Shown here: positions 12,601 to 24,600 of the stretch, one piece after another
How positions within the stretch are numbered: the stretch's first letter is position 1
Layout of the letters: each line of letters starts with the position of its first letter
Origin: Podarcis tiliguerta
Taxonomy: Eukaryota
Reading direction: 5' to 3' (one strand)
Assembly (NCBI GenBank): GCA_965153285.1
Contig: OZ229111.1
DNA: 64,000 nucleotides
The notes under the pieces: generated by a model
Seen by the model: only the letters and a program-made list of their open reading frames with translations
What the model was told of the DNA's origin: nothing
Database searches by the model: none
Program-made: the position numbers and the translations under genes

Positions 12601-15600
12601 AGGAGTTCTCACAGGCACTTCTAATGGCACGTTTCCCTGTGGAAGCCTGGAAGGATGAGCATGTTGGTGTTTCAGTGACAGGAATGTGACCTGACAAGAG
12701 GCTGCAGTTGTAACGCTCCGTGTGCTTTGATTTGCAGCCACCCAACGTCATGTTGCAGTGCTGCAGAAATCATGTCTGTGCTGTTTTTCCATACCATGAG
12801 GTACAAGCCGCAGGATCCCAGAAATCCTAACAATGACCGGTTTGTTCTTTCCAAGGTAAGAGCTAGATCTTTTTCATTACTCTCCTGAAGGCTAGGTCTG
12901 ATTGAATACTCTACTCTGTTTCCTAATGGCTCTTTGCAAAAAAAAAACCTCAGCAGTGTTCTTATACAACAATGCAAAAAACCCAAGAATTTCTTTGCCA
13001 TCCTTCACAATTTCTGCGCTGACCCTTGGATTCATGCACTTATTTCAAACTCCTTGGGCTTTTGAGACATTGGCTCAAATGCCAATCAAGTTAGTCACAC
13101 CTAAGTCCTATTGGTATCAGTAGGACAAGTAGTGAATGGGACATTAATTTCAGTGGAACTTGAAATTCAGCCGGCTGTCTTTTGCTTTGGGCTGTTACTC
13201 CTTCTCTACCTCTTTGCACACCTTAAGATGGGGAGTGGGGCTCAAACTCACTTATGAAGAGAAGCAAACCATTAAGCAGGAGGCCCCATATATTGCAGGA
13301 TCCTTGGGATTTTGTTTTCTCATCTCTCACTTTGGGCATTTGCTTCTCTCTACAATGAGCAGAACAGAGGAGGGACTGGGAGAAAGTATTTGCAGCCTTC
13401 TGGTCTTTGACTTCAAATATTTTTTTCCCCCTTTGCACATGTAGACATACCTATTTTTTTAAAACTTTACCTTATTGCTGTTCTAACTGCTTGTCTGCTT
13501 CCACCCTCTTTTCCATTACTTCCTACTCCTGCTTTTGCCATGTTTGCCATGCTGTTTCCTATTCTAGAACAGCCGTCCCCATTTTCTCTTGAGCCCCTTT
13601 CCCCCTTCTAGTTCACTGTCCCTTTTTGCCTCATTTAAACTCTCCGATTTGAATAAGACCCTTCAGGAGACCATGTCACTAGTGTGATATCTAATGGTTT
13701 TTCTCCTCAATAGTTAATTTTTAAAAAAAAAAACACCACAAGAGCTTTGCTGCATCAAGCAAAAATCCCATCTACTCTAGCATCCTGTACTTGCAGTAGA
13801 CAACCAGATGCCTGCAAGCAGAATATGAGGACAACATGTTGACATGAGAATTTCCATATCCTTGATGCTATTTGGCCTCTCTTCTTAAGATGGTCTGCAA
13901 TTGTTGATTTTGTTTCTTTCCCTTCATCTAGGGTCATGCAGCCCCAATCTTGTATGCTGCCTGGGCTGAGGCAGGCTTCCTCCATGAATCAGAGTTACTA
14001 AACCTGAGGAAAATTGATTCCATTTTGGAAGGCCACCCTGTGCCAGTGAGTATTTTGGGAAAACGCAGGGAGATTGCCTTAGGAATCAAAAAGTTTGTGC
14101 ACCTTTTACACTACTGTCAACATCTGGTTCGTAGTGATAGTTTAGCAATGTTTAACAGAAATAAACCCATGGGTTGACAACAAATGAAGTATAGTTAAAG
14201 GTGTCCCGTCCCCCTGAGAAAGCAACCAAAGAAGATTACTTTTACATCTTAGAAGGGCACTCAATGCCTTTACTTTCATGCATGTCAATATTAGCTATGG
14301 TATTAAAACAGGCTACTTTTTATGATGCTCCGACACATCTCTCATACCTCTGAGAATGGATGGATGCTTCATCACAATTCCCCTCCACATACTGCCACTG
14401 CCTGCCCTAGATGCAGAAGCCCATGGAAGTGGCTGTAGAGTTTTATCTCTCACCCTCTGCTCTTGAGCGTGGTAGAAGGGCAGATCCATGGACAGTTGCC
14501 TAGTCTCAGTCTGCTTTGTCTCTGGACTGATGTTAAGAGGGAGCGTCGCCAGGCACAGGTTCACCTAGTGAGCAGCTGTTTTTGAAACGTACAGTTGATC
14601 AAGATAATTAGTTCAGCATGCTTTCTTCGTTTGTTAGAATCTATTTAACATGACCATTGCAACAGCTGCCAGCTAAGAGCAGAAAACGGGGCTTTAAATA
14701 TTTGGGGCAGGTGCAGCTTTTGCATCTCAGACCTTCAGAGATGTGCAGTATAGGTGATGACTGCAGAGTAATACTTAACTCCTGACACACCTGTATTGCA
14801 TTAATTTACTCATGTAGGGTTGCATCCGGTGCTGCTGATCTGCTCACACAACATACTTCCTCTTGCACATGGGAATGTCTGCTTCCTCTTCCCCGCAGCC
14901 CCTTGTGCACCCTTAAAATCTGACCCAGAGCAGATTTTGGGTCACACAGAAGACGTAGGGGTAGTAGTCTTGTTGCATGAATGGCTCTCCAGTTCTATTG
15001 GATGCAGCCCATAGGCTCTTCTTGTGACTTCCTGAAGTGCTCAGAGGGAGTGCTTGATCTGGCAGCTAAGGCTGACTAAGGGCCAGATTTCAAGGGCTGG
15101 GTGGGGTACGGTACTTAGATAATATAGATGGCTAAAAAGATGAGTATTGATGGTGAAAAGGTGAGCTTCACAAATTAGTCTTCAGAGAGGTAGGCTGGTA
15201 TCTTTCCCTGCTGCACTAGATGTACCTGTGGGAACTTTGGGTCAGGGTTGAACATGCAGCCTGATCTGTGAATGCTTACTTAGAAGTAACCCCAACTGGG
15301 CTCACTGCTGGTGTGCCTAGGATTGAAAGCTTAGGGTTTATGAAGTAGGTACTCTTTTGATTACATGCTATTGCTTCTTCTTTTTAGAAACAAGCATTCA
15401 CTGATGTCGCTACTGGATCACTCGGTCAAGGATTGGGTGCTGCATGCGGTATGGCCTACACCGGGAAGTACTTTGACAAAGCCAGGTATCTTGAAAATAT
15501 TTCACCCTCTTTGCTTGCGTGGAGGTATATGGATGGATAAGGAAATGAAGCAAAACTGCCCATGATGCTGTTATACAATCAAGTTTCCAATCTCAAGTTT

Positions 15601-18600
15601 GAGAATGCAGACCCTGCTAAATTAACAAGATTCATCTGTTGTTAAATTGGGCACAGAAATGCCAAATTTGGTCCACAACCTTTTGAATTGCAATTATAGC
15701 TTGTTCGGTGCCCATGTACGTATGAGAGAAAGAGCGAGAATCTCCATACCTCTGCAGAAATAATGCTAGTGACAATGGAATAGAAAGGTGACTTTATATA
15801 AAAGCAGTATTTAGCTTGAGCGAAAGCGAATTTTGTTCAAAGATTGTTATGGCAACACAGCGTTGTCCAACAAAGGTGTTAGAGGATATTATGCAGAAGA
15901 GCCCTGTTGTGCAACTCGTAGTGAGTTCAAGGGCAATAGTCCTGTTAGAACTGGTATGAAAATCTTCATGTGGTGTTAAAGAAAAGTAGATATCCAAAGG
16001 CATTTGTCTGTGTGTGTTGGGGAAGTTGATGTATTTTATGTGACAGTATTAGAGCATGAAAAGCTGGGTTGCTGAGTAAATGCAATTTTACATTGCACAC
16101 TTCACTTGCTTGAAAGCATTTCTGTGTACACTGATGTGCTGATCTTAATGCAGCCTGGCAGGTGGTATTCATAGAAAGACTTTATCTCTGCCTACGGTTG
16201 GTGCTCATTGGCTCTTTGCACGTCATGCTGGGGAATAGCCAGGGTTTTGTAAAACCGTAATTTAGCTAGGTGACTAATAAAGTTTGCAGATACGTGCTCT
16301 AACACAAATGATATTTACTGTAGATGATAGCATGAACTGCTCTCATCAGTATTTATTCATTTTTATTCCTGCCTTGCTGTATTATTGCCAGCTTGCTATA
16401 TTCACACACCCCACCTCACCTCTCACACAAATACATTTAATTTGCACACTGATGTTTTGGCAAATAGACAAATCAGCCCAGAAATTATACAGTCATCTAT
16501 GAAGTATTTGAGGAAGTAGGAAATGCAGAAAAGCTAAACGGGGGCGGGGGGGGGGGGAACCCTGTCACTTGGAGTTGAGTTTGATTCACAAAATCTTAAG
16601 GCTGAGAGAGGGATGTTAAGTCCATCTAGGATTGTCAACTTTGTTCCATCAGCTCCTGGGCCTTTTAACAGCTGCATATTAGGTTTAAATGCTGCTGCCG
16701 GTGCGTTCCCCATCATGAGATACTGGGATGGGTAGGAAATCACCCATTAAATGTCAACCTGTCTGCCAGAAAAAAATGGCATCAATTTGCGCAATGCAGT
16801 GGTTACTTCATAGTGGCTCTTTCTATCCCTTGCTGTGCCTACAAAGATGCATCACAATCCATATTGGCCTTTGCTCATTTGAAAAAATCATAAAGTAGAA
16901 CTGTCACCTGATTAAAGAAATGCTAGTTACTTGATCATATGGTTTTTAGTTGACTATAACTATGTAAATTTGTATCAGAATAAACAACAAGGCAAGCATA
17001 CTCTTGAATGCCTGCACATGTTGCAGTAGGTGCCATCTTACTAGAGATTTTTCATCCTCTGTAAGAGAGAAGGGACAGGGGATGCCTCTTCAAAGACAAC
17101 ACCTGCCATCTGCAGCTTTTTCTAAGAATGTTTTTTAAATCAGTTCTTTTGCTTTGCTTTTTAAAACTCACAGACCTTGTAAATAAGCCCATAGAAGTTA
17201 CTAGCCTGCAGAAATGTTTACAAGCTTGCTGGCGGCTAGCAAAGGATGGATAGAAAGCTCTGTTCCTTTTGCAACAAGCTGTGGCATTTGTGTGCTGGAG
17301 GTAAATGGGAAAGGGTTTCCATCCTCTGGCAGCTCCCTTAGTCTCTCTGCTGGTTGCTCAGCAGGGACAGACTCCTCTATCCCTCTGTTAACACCACTCA
17401 CTTGCCTGCTTAGAATTGCATCATCCGCTCAACCTGCATGCAGTTCCTAATCACTTGTGACTACCAGGCTAGTGCTTAAATGCAAGGCTGAGTCTTGGGC
17501 ACCTTTTTAATAAATCAAAAGATTTCTAATCTATATTAATATAATCAGCCGTACCAAGAAGGAACATTGCTGTGCAAGACTGTCGCTCCCAGTGCTTTTA
17601 CATGTGGCAGATGCTAATGACACGAAAGAAGTTGGGGTAAACCCAGTATAATGGAAGTGGGGCTGAACCTTTTATTTCACTGCAGTAGGCCACAACTGAG
17701 GGCCAAATTAAACATGACTCTAAATGCATTTGGAAGTTGCATTTGTATGTTTGGTGGTTGTTTTTTTTACAGCTAATAGTGATGTGTGGGTGGGAAATTC
17801 GATCCTCTGCTAAATATGCCTCATGCTGTCACTTCAAGGGAGTTTCCATTGGTGCTGGTTGGAGCTATGAACTATAAAACAAGCAAACAAAACTTCAAGC
17901 ATTTTAGTGTCCCAACTTGTTTTCCCTTGAGGTGTAGCAGTTCTTACAGGTTAAGCATTTAGACTCAAATATACATACTGAATAATGTGCAAATCCTTGC
18001 CTCTGGCTGGATAGATTATAAGCAGCACTTGTTAAGTAATAGCTGAGCTTTCCCAAGGATTTTGCTGAGTCACAGTGATGGTGTGTTTAGCAGGCACGCA
18101 TTCATTCCAGCTTTACAGTAAGAGTCATTGTTAGAGCACCTTTTCCCCCTCAAGGTTACATTCTCGTTCTACAATAATTGGCACTAATGACTCACAGCTT
18201 CCCTCTGGTTACTCATTTTGATTACCTTTAGGTGAGGCTTTGACTTAGGCGGAAAAACCAAAAGTAGAGAATAATGTGTGTTTCAGATTATTCTTGCTGC
18301 TCATTACGAGCTCCTTAAATACTTTCTAGGGCACACGGGCACACATTATTAGGCCTCTTAACAACCACAGCAGCCTACAGGAACAAATGAAGTTAGTTCT
18401 GTGAACTACACTAGGAGGGCTTGAATTTTGGTCTTAAAAACCTGCATTATGGAGCTGAATAATACTTGTCTGCAGCCCCGTTTCTCATGGTGTATGACTA
18501 TGAAAAAAAGCTGTCCTCTCAGGGCACATTTATGTTAGAATCCTAAAACCAATATTAATCTGTGCTTAAGGTTCCAGTAATGTCAGACATAGCTTCTAAA

Positions 18601-21600
18601 TGACTGTAATTTTGCATGGGTGCTGACAGAATCTTGCTGCAACAGAGCAAAGACCTATTTGGTCTAGCCGGTTAGATGCCCCATGGCAGCCCACAAGCAG
18701 AATATGAAGACATTTCCCACTATTGTTTCCAGCAACTGTATTTCAGTGGCGTCCTGTCTAAATCTGGAGGTAGCATATAGCCATCATAACTAGTGGCAGC
18801 TAATAGCCTTTTATATTCTATGAATTTGTCTAATCTGCTTTTAAAGCCATCTATGCTAGTGGCTGCTATCATATCCTGCAGCAGCTCATTCCATAGGCTC
18901 ATTCCATAAAGGGAGGAGAGGGCTTTTTAATAAGATCAATACTTCCCACGATTCTTGGGGAAGGGGAGAAGCCATGACATTTAAGGCAGGCTTATGTCTG
19001 TAGTGCAAGCCTGATCGTATAGCAGGACATCGGAGAGTATCCACAAGCCTTGTGTGACCTGTCAAACTAAATCCCCAAATGCAGGCATAAATCTTGTGTC
19101 CATACTCCTGCGGATGGCAGCCATAAGAAATATGGCATAGCTAGCATAAAGCTTTTATCTGCACATGTGTAAGTTTTCTGTGATTACTTTGACACAGCCC
19201 TAAAAAATTGTGTTTTCTTCCTCCTGTCTTCAAAACTGACTCATTATTTTAAATTAGATTTTAAAATTATGTTTTGGTGACTATTTTCCAGAACACATTT
19301 GCTGAATTGCTGGTAGAAACAGAAAGCTGGACTAGATGAGCCTTTGTCTGATTCACCTTTTAGGCTCATAAACTTTATTTTATGTCGCATCCAGTACTAT
19401 AAATCACTTAAGCTTTTCCAGTATAGATGAGTCACAAACCAACACAAACAAGACATTTGGATTGACCCATCTAATGAGGATTGTATACTTTCTCTCTGAT
19501 TAAAGGAATAAATCAAAATACACTGGCTGCCAGAACAGAAATAACCCAAGACATCTTAATGCCTTTAGTATCATACACCCAGAGAGCATGCTTTGGAAAC
19601 ATAGCAACCTTTCTCAAACTTGGGTCCCCGGATGTTGTTGGACTACAACTCCCATCATTCCTAGCTACCAGGACCAGTGGTCAGGGATGATGGAAGTTGT
19701 GGTCCAATAACATCTGGGGACCCAAGTTTGAGAAGGCCGTGTAATAGTATGCGAAGTGCACTCATTCTGGTTGTAGCAAAGTCAGCGGTGGGAAACTTAA
19801 GGCCTTTCAGATGTTGCTGAACTAGAAACTTCTGTCCAGCATGGCCATTGTTCACAGATAGTTGGCATTGTAGTCCAAGGGCATACGGGCAGCCACAAGT
19901 TTCCTGCCCCTGTCCTAATGGTGAAACCGAATGTAACGGCAGCAGGTCTGTGTTGAAATCCAGTTCTTCCCCAGCCACACAGGAAGCTGGGGATGGTGAC
20001 AGGGTCTGAATTTAAGAATAAAAGGAAGTGATATACCGGACTTTCACATGGCTGTCACTTGAAGTTTTTTTGATACCAAAAGTCTGTCAGGCTAGGAAGC
20101 ATGTGGCTGGCATGATGGGCTGTGCCCCTGACTGCCTTTTGCTCCTAAGATCCAAACCTATTTTCTCCAGATACACAAATGTACTGCTGTAACACCTAAC
20201 TAGGTTATGTAATAATGATGCAACAAAAATGGTAGAAAGAAAGGAAAGTACTCAAAAGCAAAATTCCTCAGAGGGCTGAAGCATGTTATAGGCTTTGAAG
20301 AAGAGCCAACAAAATCTATGTAGGAAGAGTGTCATTAAAGGCAAAATGTTTCATTGGGGCTACCGTTGTATTGTCCATACTGTGTAGGCTTATCTGCAAA
20401 AGTGTTTTTCCTCCTTTGTCAACTTACGATACTGAATATTTAGTCCCTGCTTTTTGTTGTTCAATGCGCAGCTACCGTGTTTATTGTGTCCTCGGTGATG
20501 GAGAATTGTCTGAAGGTTCAGTTTGGGAGGCAATGGCCTTTGCTGGGTTCTACAAGCTGGATAATTTGGTTGCTATTCTTGACATTAACCGACTTGGACA
20601 AAGTGACCCTGCGCCTCTGCAGCATCACGTTGAAATCTACCAAAAACGTTGTGAAGCCTTTGGGTATGTATGTATGTATGTATGTATGTATGTATGTATT
20701 TGAGAAATATATGATGTCTTCAACCTTGGTTGCTCTGTGCTCTTTTCAATTTGTGGATTGGGTCCGGAGGATCATTAAATGCAGAGTCAAAATCTCTATG
20801 GGCAGCAGTCTTCCCACAGGGCTCTCTCGCTGAAGGAAGAGGGCATTTCCCCCCTGATTCCTCCCCCAAATTTCCTGTGCTCTCTGAAAAGCTGCTCCAG
20901 AGTGTCAGGATACAGAGTGCATGGAGCTACACGGAGAAGGCAGATTTGGTGAAAATCACCTTGCCTTCTTCATGCACTGGGAGCCTCCACTGAATCTCAA
21001 TCCCTTCCACAAACAGAGACGTCTGCATCCAACTTGGAGCCATGATAGTCAATATAAAGGGATCATAAATACAGAAAAGTAAAGGCCAATACAGGTTGTT
21101 AAATTTTGTCCAGGAGTCAGTCTGTTCTTTCATTTGAAGAGCACAAAATGGCAAGGAAGCTTTTTTTTTATTTGTCTAGCCGTTGACAGTCATGCTTTCA
21201 TAGCGTTTATTTCTGGCTCTGTTGAAATTTGTCACATTTGAGGAAACTGGCTATTTCCTCACTCCTTAAAACGCTTAAAGGCCCCATTGAACTATTTGAG
21301 TCTGTAGGTCTCATAGGTGTTGCCTCTGTTTCAGAAAGGACTTATTGTTATAGATTCTTGTGTCCTTAACAAGTATTCTAGACCTTGCTTTAGTTTATAG
21401 TTATTTTAATTAAGAGAATGTGATAGTAAGTGGAAAAAGTAAAAACTTATTATTCAGAGAGATAATTCTTGGTTTTTGCAAAGGTCCTTTATGCTTATGA
21501 ATACTTGGAAGATATTTATCTTTTAGTCCATGACACATTCTTGCCTAATATTCTTAGCTACTGGTGTGGTGTAGTGGTTAAGAGCGGTAGTCACGTAATT

Positions 21601-24600
21601 TGGGTAACCGGGTTCGCGTCTCCGCTCCTCCACATGCAGCTGCTGGGTGACCTTGGGCCAGTCACAGTCTCTCAGCCCCACTCACCTCACAGAGTGTTTG
21701 TTGTGGGGGAGGAAGGGAAAGGAGAATGTTAGCCGCTTTGAGACTCCTTAAAGGGAGTGAAAGGCGGGATATCAAATCCAAACTCTTCTTCTTCTTCTTT
21801 TATTATTCATTTATAAAGGTTAGGCTGAATATGCTAGGACTAAAATTTGCTACTGTTCAGCTACTGTTCAGCGTGCCATAAGTCAGAGACGAAGTCGAAT
21901 AAGCTAAGGCTACAAGCCCAAGTGCAACATTTTCTGATTCTGACATGTCGCTGGGATCCAGAGAACTGTGTGCTCATTCCTAAGCATCCAGGAGAGCTTG
22001 GTCTTAATTTCTTTCAAACTGCAGCTCCCCAGGCCACATGGTAAACTACTGAGGAGTTTGATAAAGCGAACTGTGATACAGCTTGGGCTTTGCTGTTCAA
22101 AAAACATAGCAAAACATCTCATTGGGCGTGCCAAGCCCTTTGGTGCACTTAAGCTATTCTTTGGATCTTAGCTGCATCTTGCAACAAAAAATGCCGTAGT
22201 ATAGCTTATTAATAATATATAACTATATGTACCAGTTCAGTGCTTGCTTTTGCTTATTCGGCACGGAGCTCTTATAAAAAGCTTTGCCTCTGCAAATCCT
22301 TTTAAAAGCTAATCTGTTTGTTTGCCTTCCTAGCTGGCATGCTATCGTCGTCGATGGGCACAGTGTGGAGGAACTGTGCAAAGCCTTTGGCCAGGCCAAA
22401 CATCAGCCAACTGCAATTATTGCCAAGACTTATAAAGGCAAAGGAATAACAGGTGATGCCAGGCGGCAGACTTTTCAGCTGAGCAGCAGCTACCGCTATG
22501 ATTTGCTTGTTAATAGTATTTTTAGCCACTTTTTTTTATTAAGGATAAGGATGATGATAAGGAATTACATAGTGCTTTCATAACACTTATATTGTCATGT
22601 AATCCTTACAGCAACCCTGCATTAACGTTAACGCTGTTTTGCTGAAAGGGGTCTGAGACTGAAAGGGTGGTTTGCCTATGGCCACCTAGTAAGTTCAAGG
22701 CAGATGTGAGATTCAAAAGCAGGGGTTTTCTGACTACAAGTTCAGTCTTTTCATCACTATGCTACACCAACTATCACATTTATTTCTCATATATATATAC
22801 ACATATACATAAACATATATATATACACACACACATATATATATACTCATATATATGAATGAGAGAGAAATAAATGTGATAGTTGGTGTAGCATAGTGGT
22901 GAAAAGACTGAGCTACAAGTCAATATATATACTGCTTGATTTCAGAAAACCTCAGATTATATGTCAGTGTCATTAATGATCCCAGTAAAAGATGCTTACG
23001 CCATATCACTAAGTGTGAAAGGCTTGATTTCCCCCAGTAAGACTTCAGTGTGGACCAGTTCTTTGAAATCAGTTCCTCACTCAAGCTGAAACACCTACTA
23101 AACATTTCTGCATTTGCAGGTGACTAAAATGGCAAGATGGCTGACACCTTATTACAGGGTGGCATGTCGCCTTCCAGACATTGCAGGAGTACAGCTCCCT
23201 CTATCCCTGAGCGTTGGTCAGTGGCATAGCTAACTGCTCGAGTGCCCGGGGCGGCGCAAATGCCCTGCACTCAGGGCCACTGCAAGCCGCTGCTGCGCAG
23301 AACCTCCACAGAGTCCGCAAGCCCCACATTGCTGTTTCACGCAGCGTGGAGTCTGCAGGTGTCTGAGCCACCACGTCACAGGAGAGATGTGTGGCTCAGG
23401 TGTGCTGCAGGTCAGGCCCCGCGATCACCACCCTCAGTGATGAAACCTGGGGTGACCTGCATTCACCGCACCCCCTTCCTACATCACAGGCGTTGGTCAT
23501 GTTGGCTGGGGTTGAAGGACGCCATGTTGTCTATCCCTGCCTATAAGGTGACACAGTATGTGCCATAGTGGGAAAGACTAGATCTGAACTCTAAGCCTTT
23601 TCTTTTCACACCAAGCTTCAGCTGTAAATTATTGTGTATATCAACATAACCCATTGCTATATCTGATGTTATTTAGCCAGATTTGTGTACACCACGAAAT
23701 CAAAAGCAAATCAAAACACTAAACAAACCTGATTAGCATACCTCAGGACTTGAATAATAGTCTTCCACACAAATTATATAAAATGTGATCAATCTGGGAC
23801 ATTAAGCAGAAATATTTTTTAAAGCCCTGTTCTTAACAGAGCATAACTCATTGATTATTGTAAAGGAAAAGCTTTTTGTGCAATAAACACGGTATAATAA
23901 TAATAATAATAATAATAATTTTTATTTATTTATTTTATTTATTTATACCCCGCCCTCCCCAGCCAAAGCTGGGCTCAGGGCGGCTAACAACAATCAAAAC
24001 AATCCAACATTCTAAAAACTTTTCACCATAAAATCAATCAAAAACAAATTGATGGCAACCAGCAAGCAAGACCCTGTGCAGATTGCCAGAGGAGGGGGTC
24101 AGGCTGCGCCCTGACCAAAGGCCTAGTGGAACAGCTCTGTCTTACAGGCCCTGCGGAAAGATGTCAAGTCCCGCAGGGCCCTAGTCTCTTGTGACAGAGT
24201 GTTCCACCAGATTGGTGCCACAGCCGAGAAAGCCCTGGCTCTAGTTGAGGCCAGCCTAACCTCTCTGAGGCCTGGGACAAAAATGTCAAGCATGGTGCTG
24301 AGATGTAAAGCTAAATAAAATAGAAGTTTAGGCTCAATTTAAGGGGGATGAGGGAAGAAGAGTGGGCTAGCATAAAGGAGAATGCCTGTATATGTACTTC
24401 CATATTCCTGAGAATGGTTATGGTCCAAAAATTAAGCCATCAGGAAAAGTGAAGTGTGCAGTATTCAAACCATAAATCAATGTACTACTTCAAGAGAATC
24501 ACATGGACATTTTTTTAAAAATTCAGTAGTTGTTAAATATGAATGAGATGCTCACTCATATCATATATTTATATCAAATGAAGTTTGAGTTACCCTTCAA

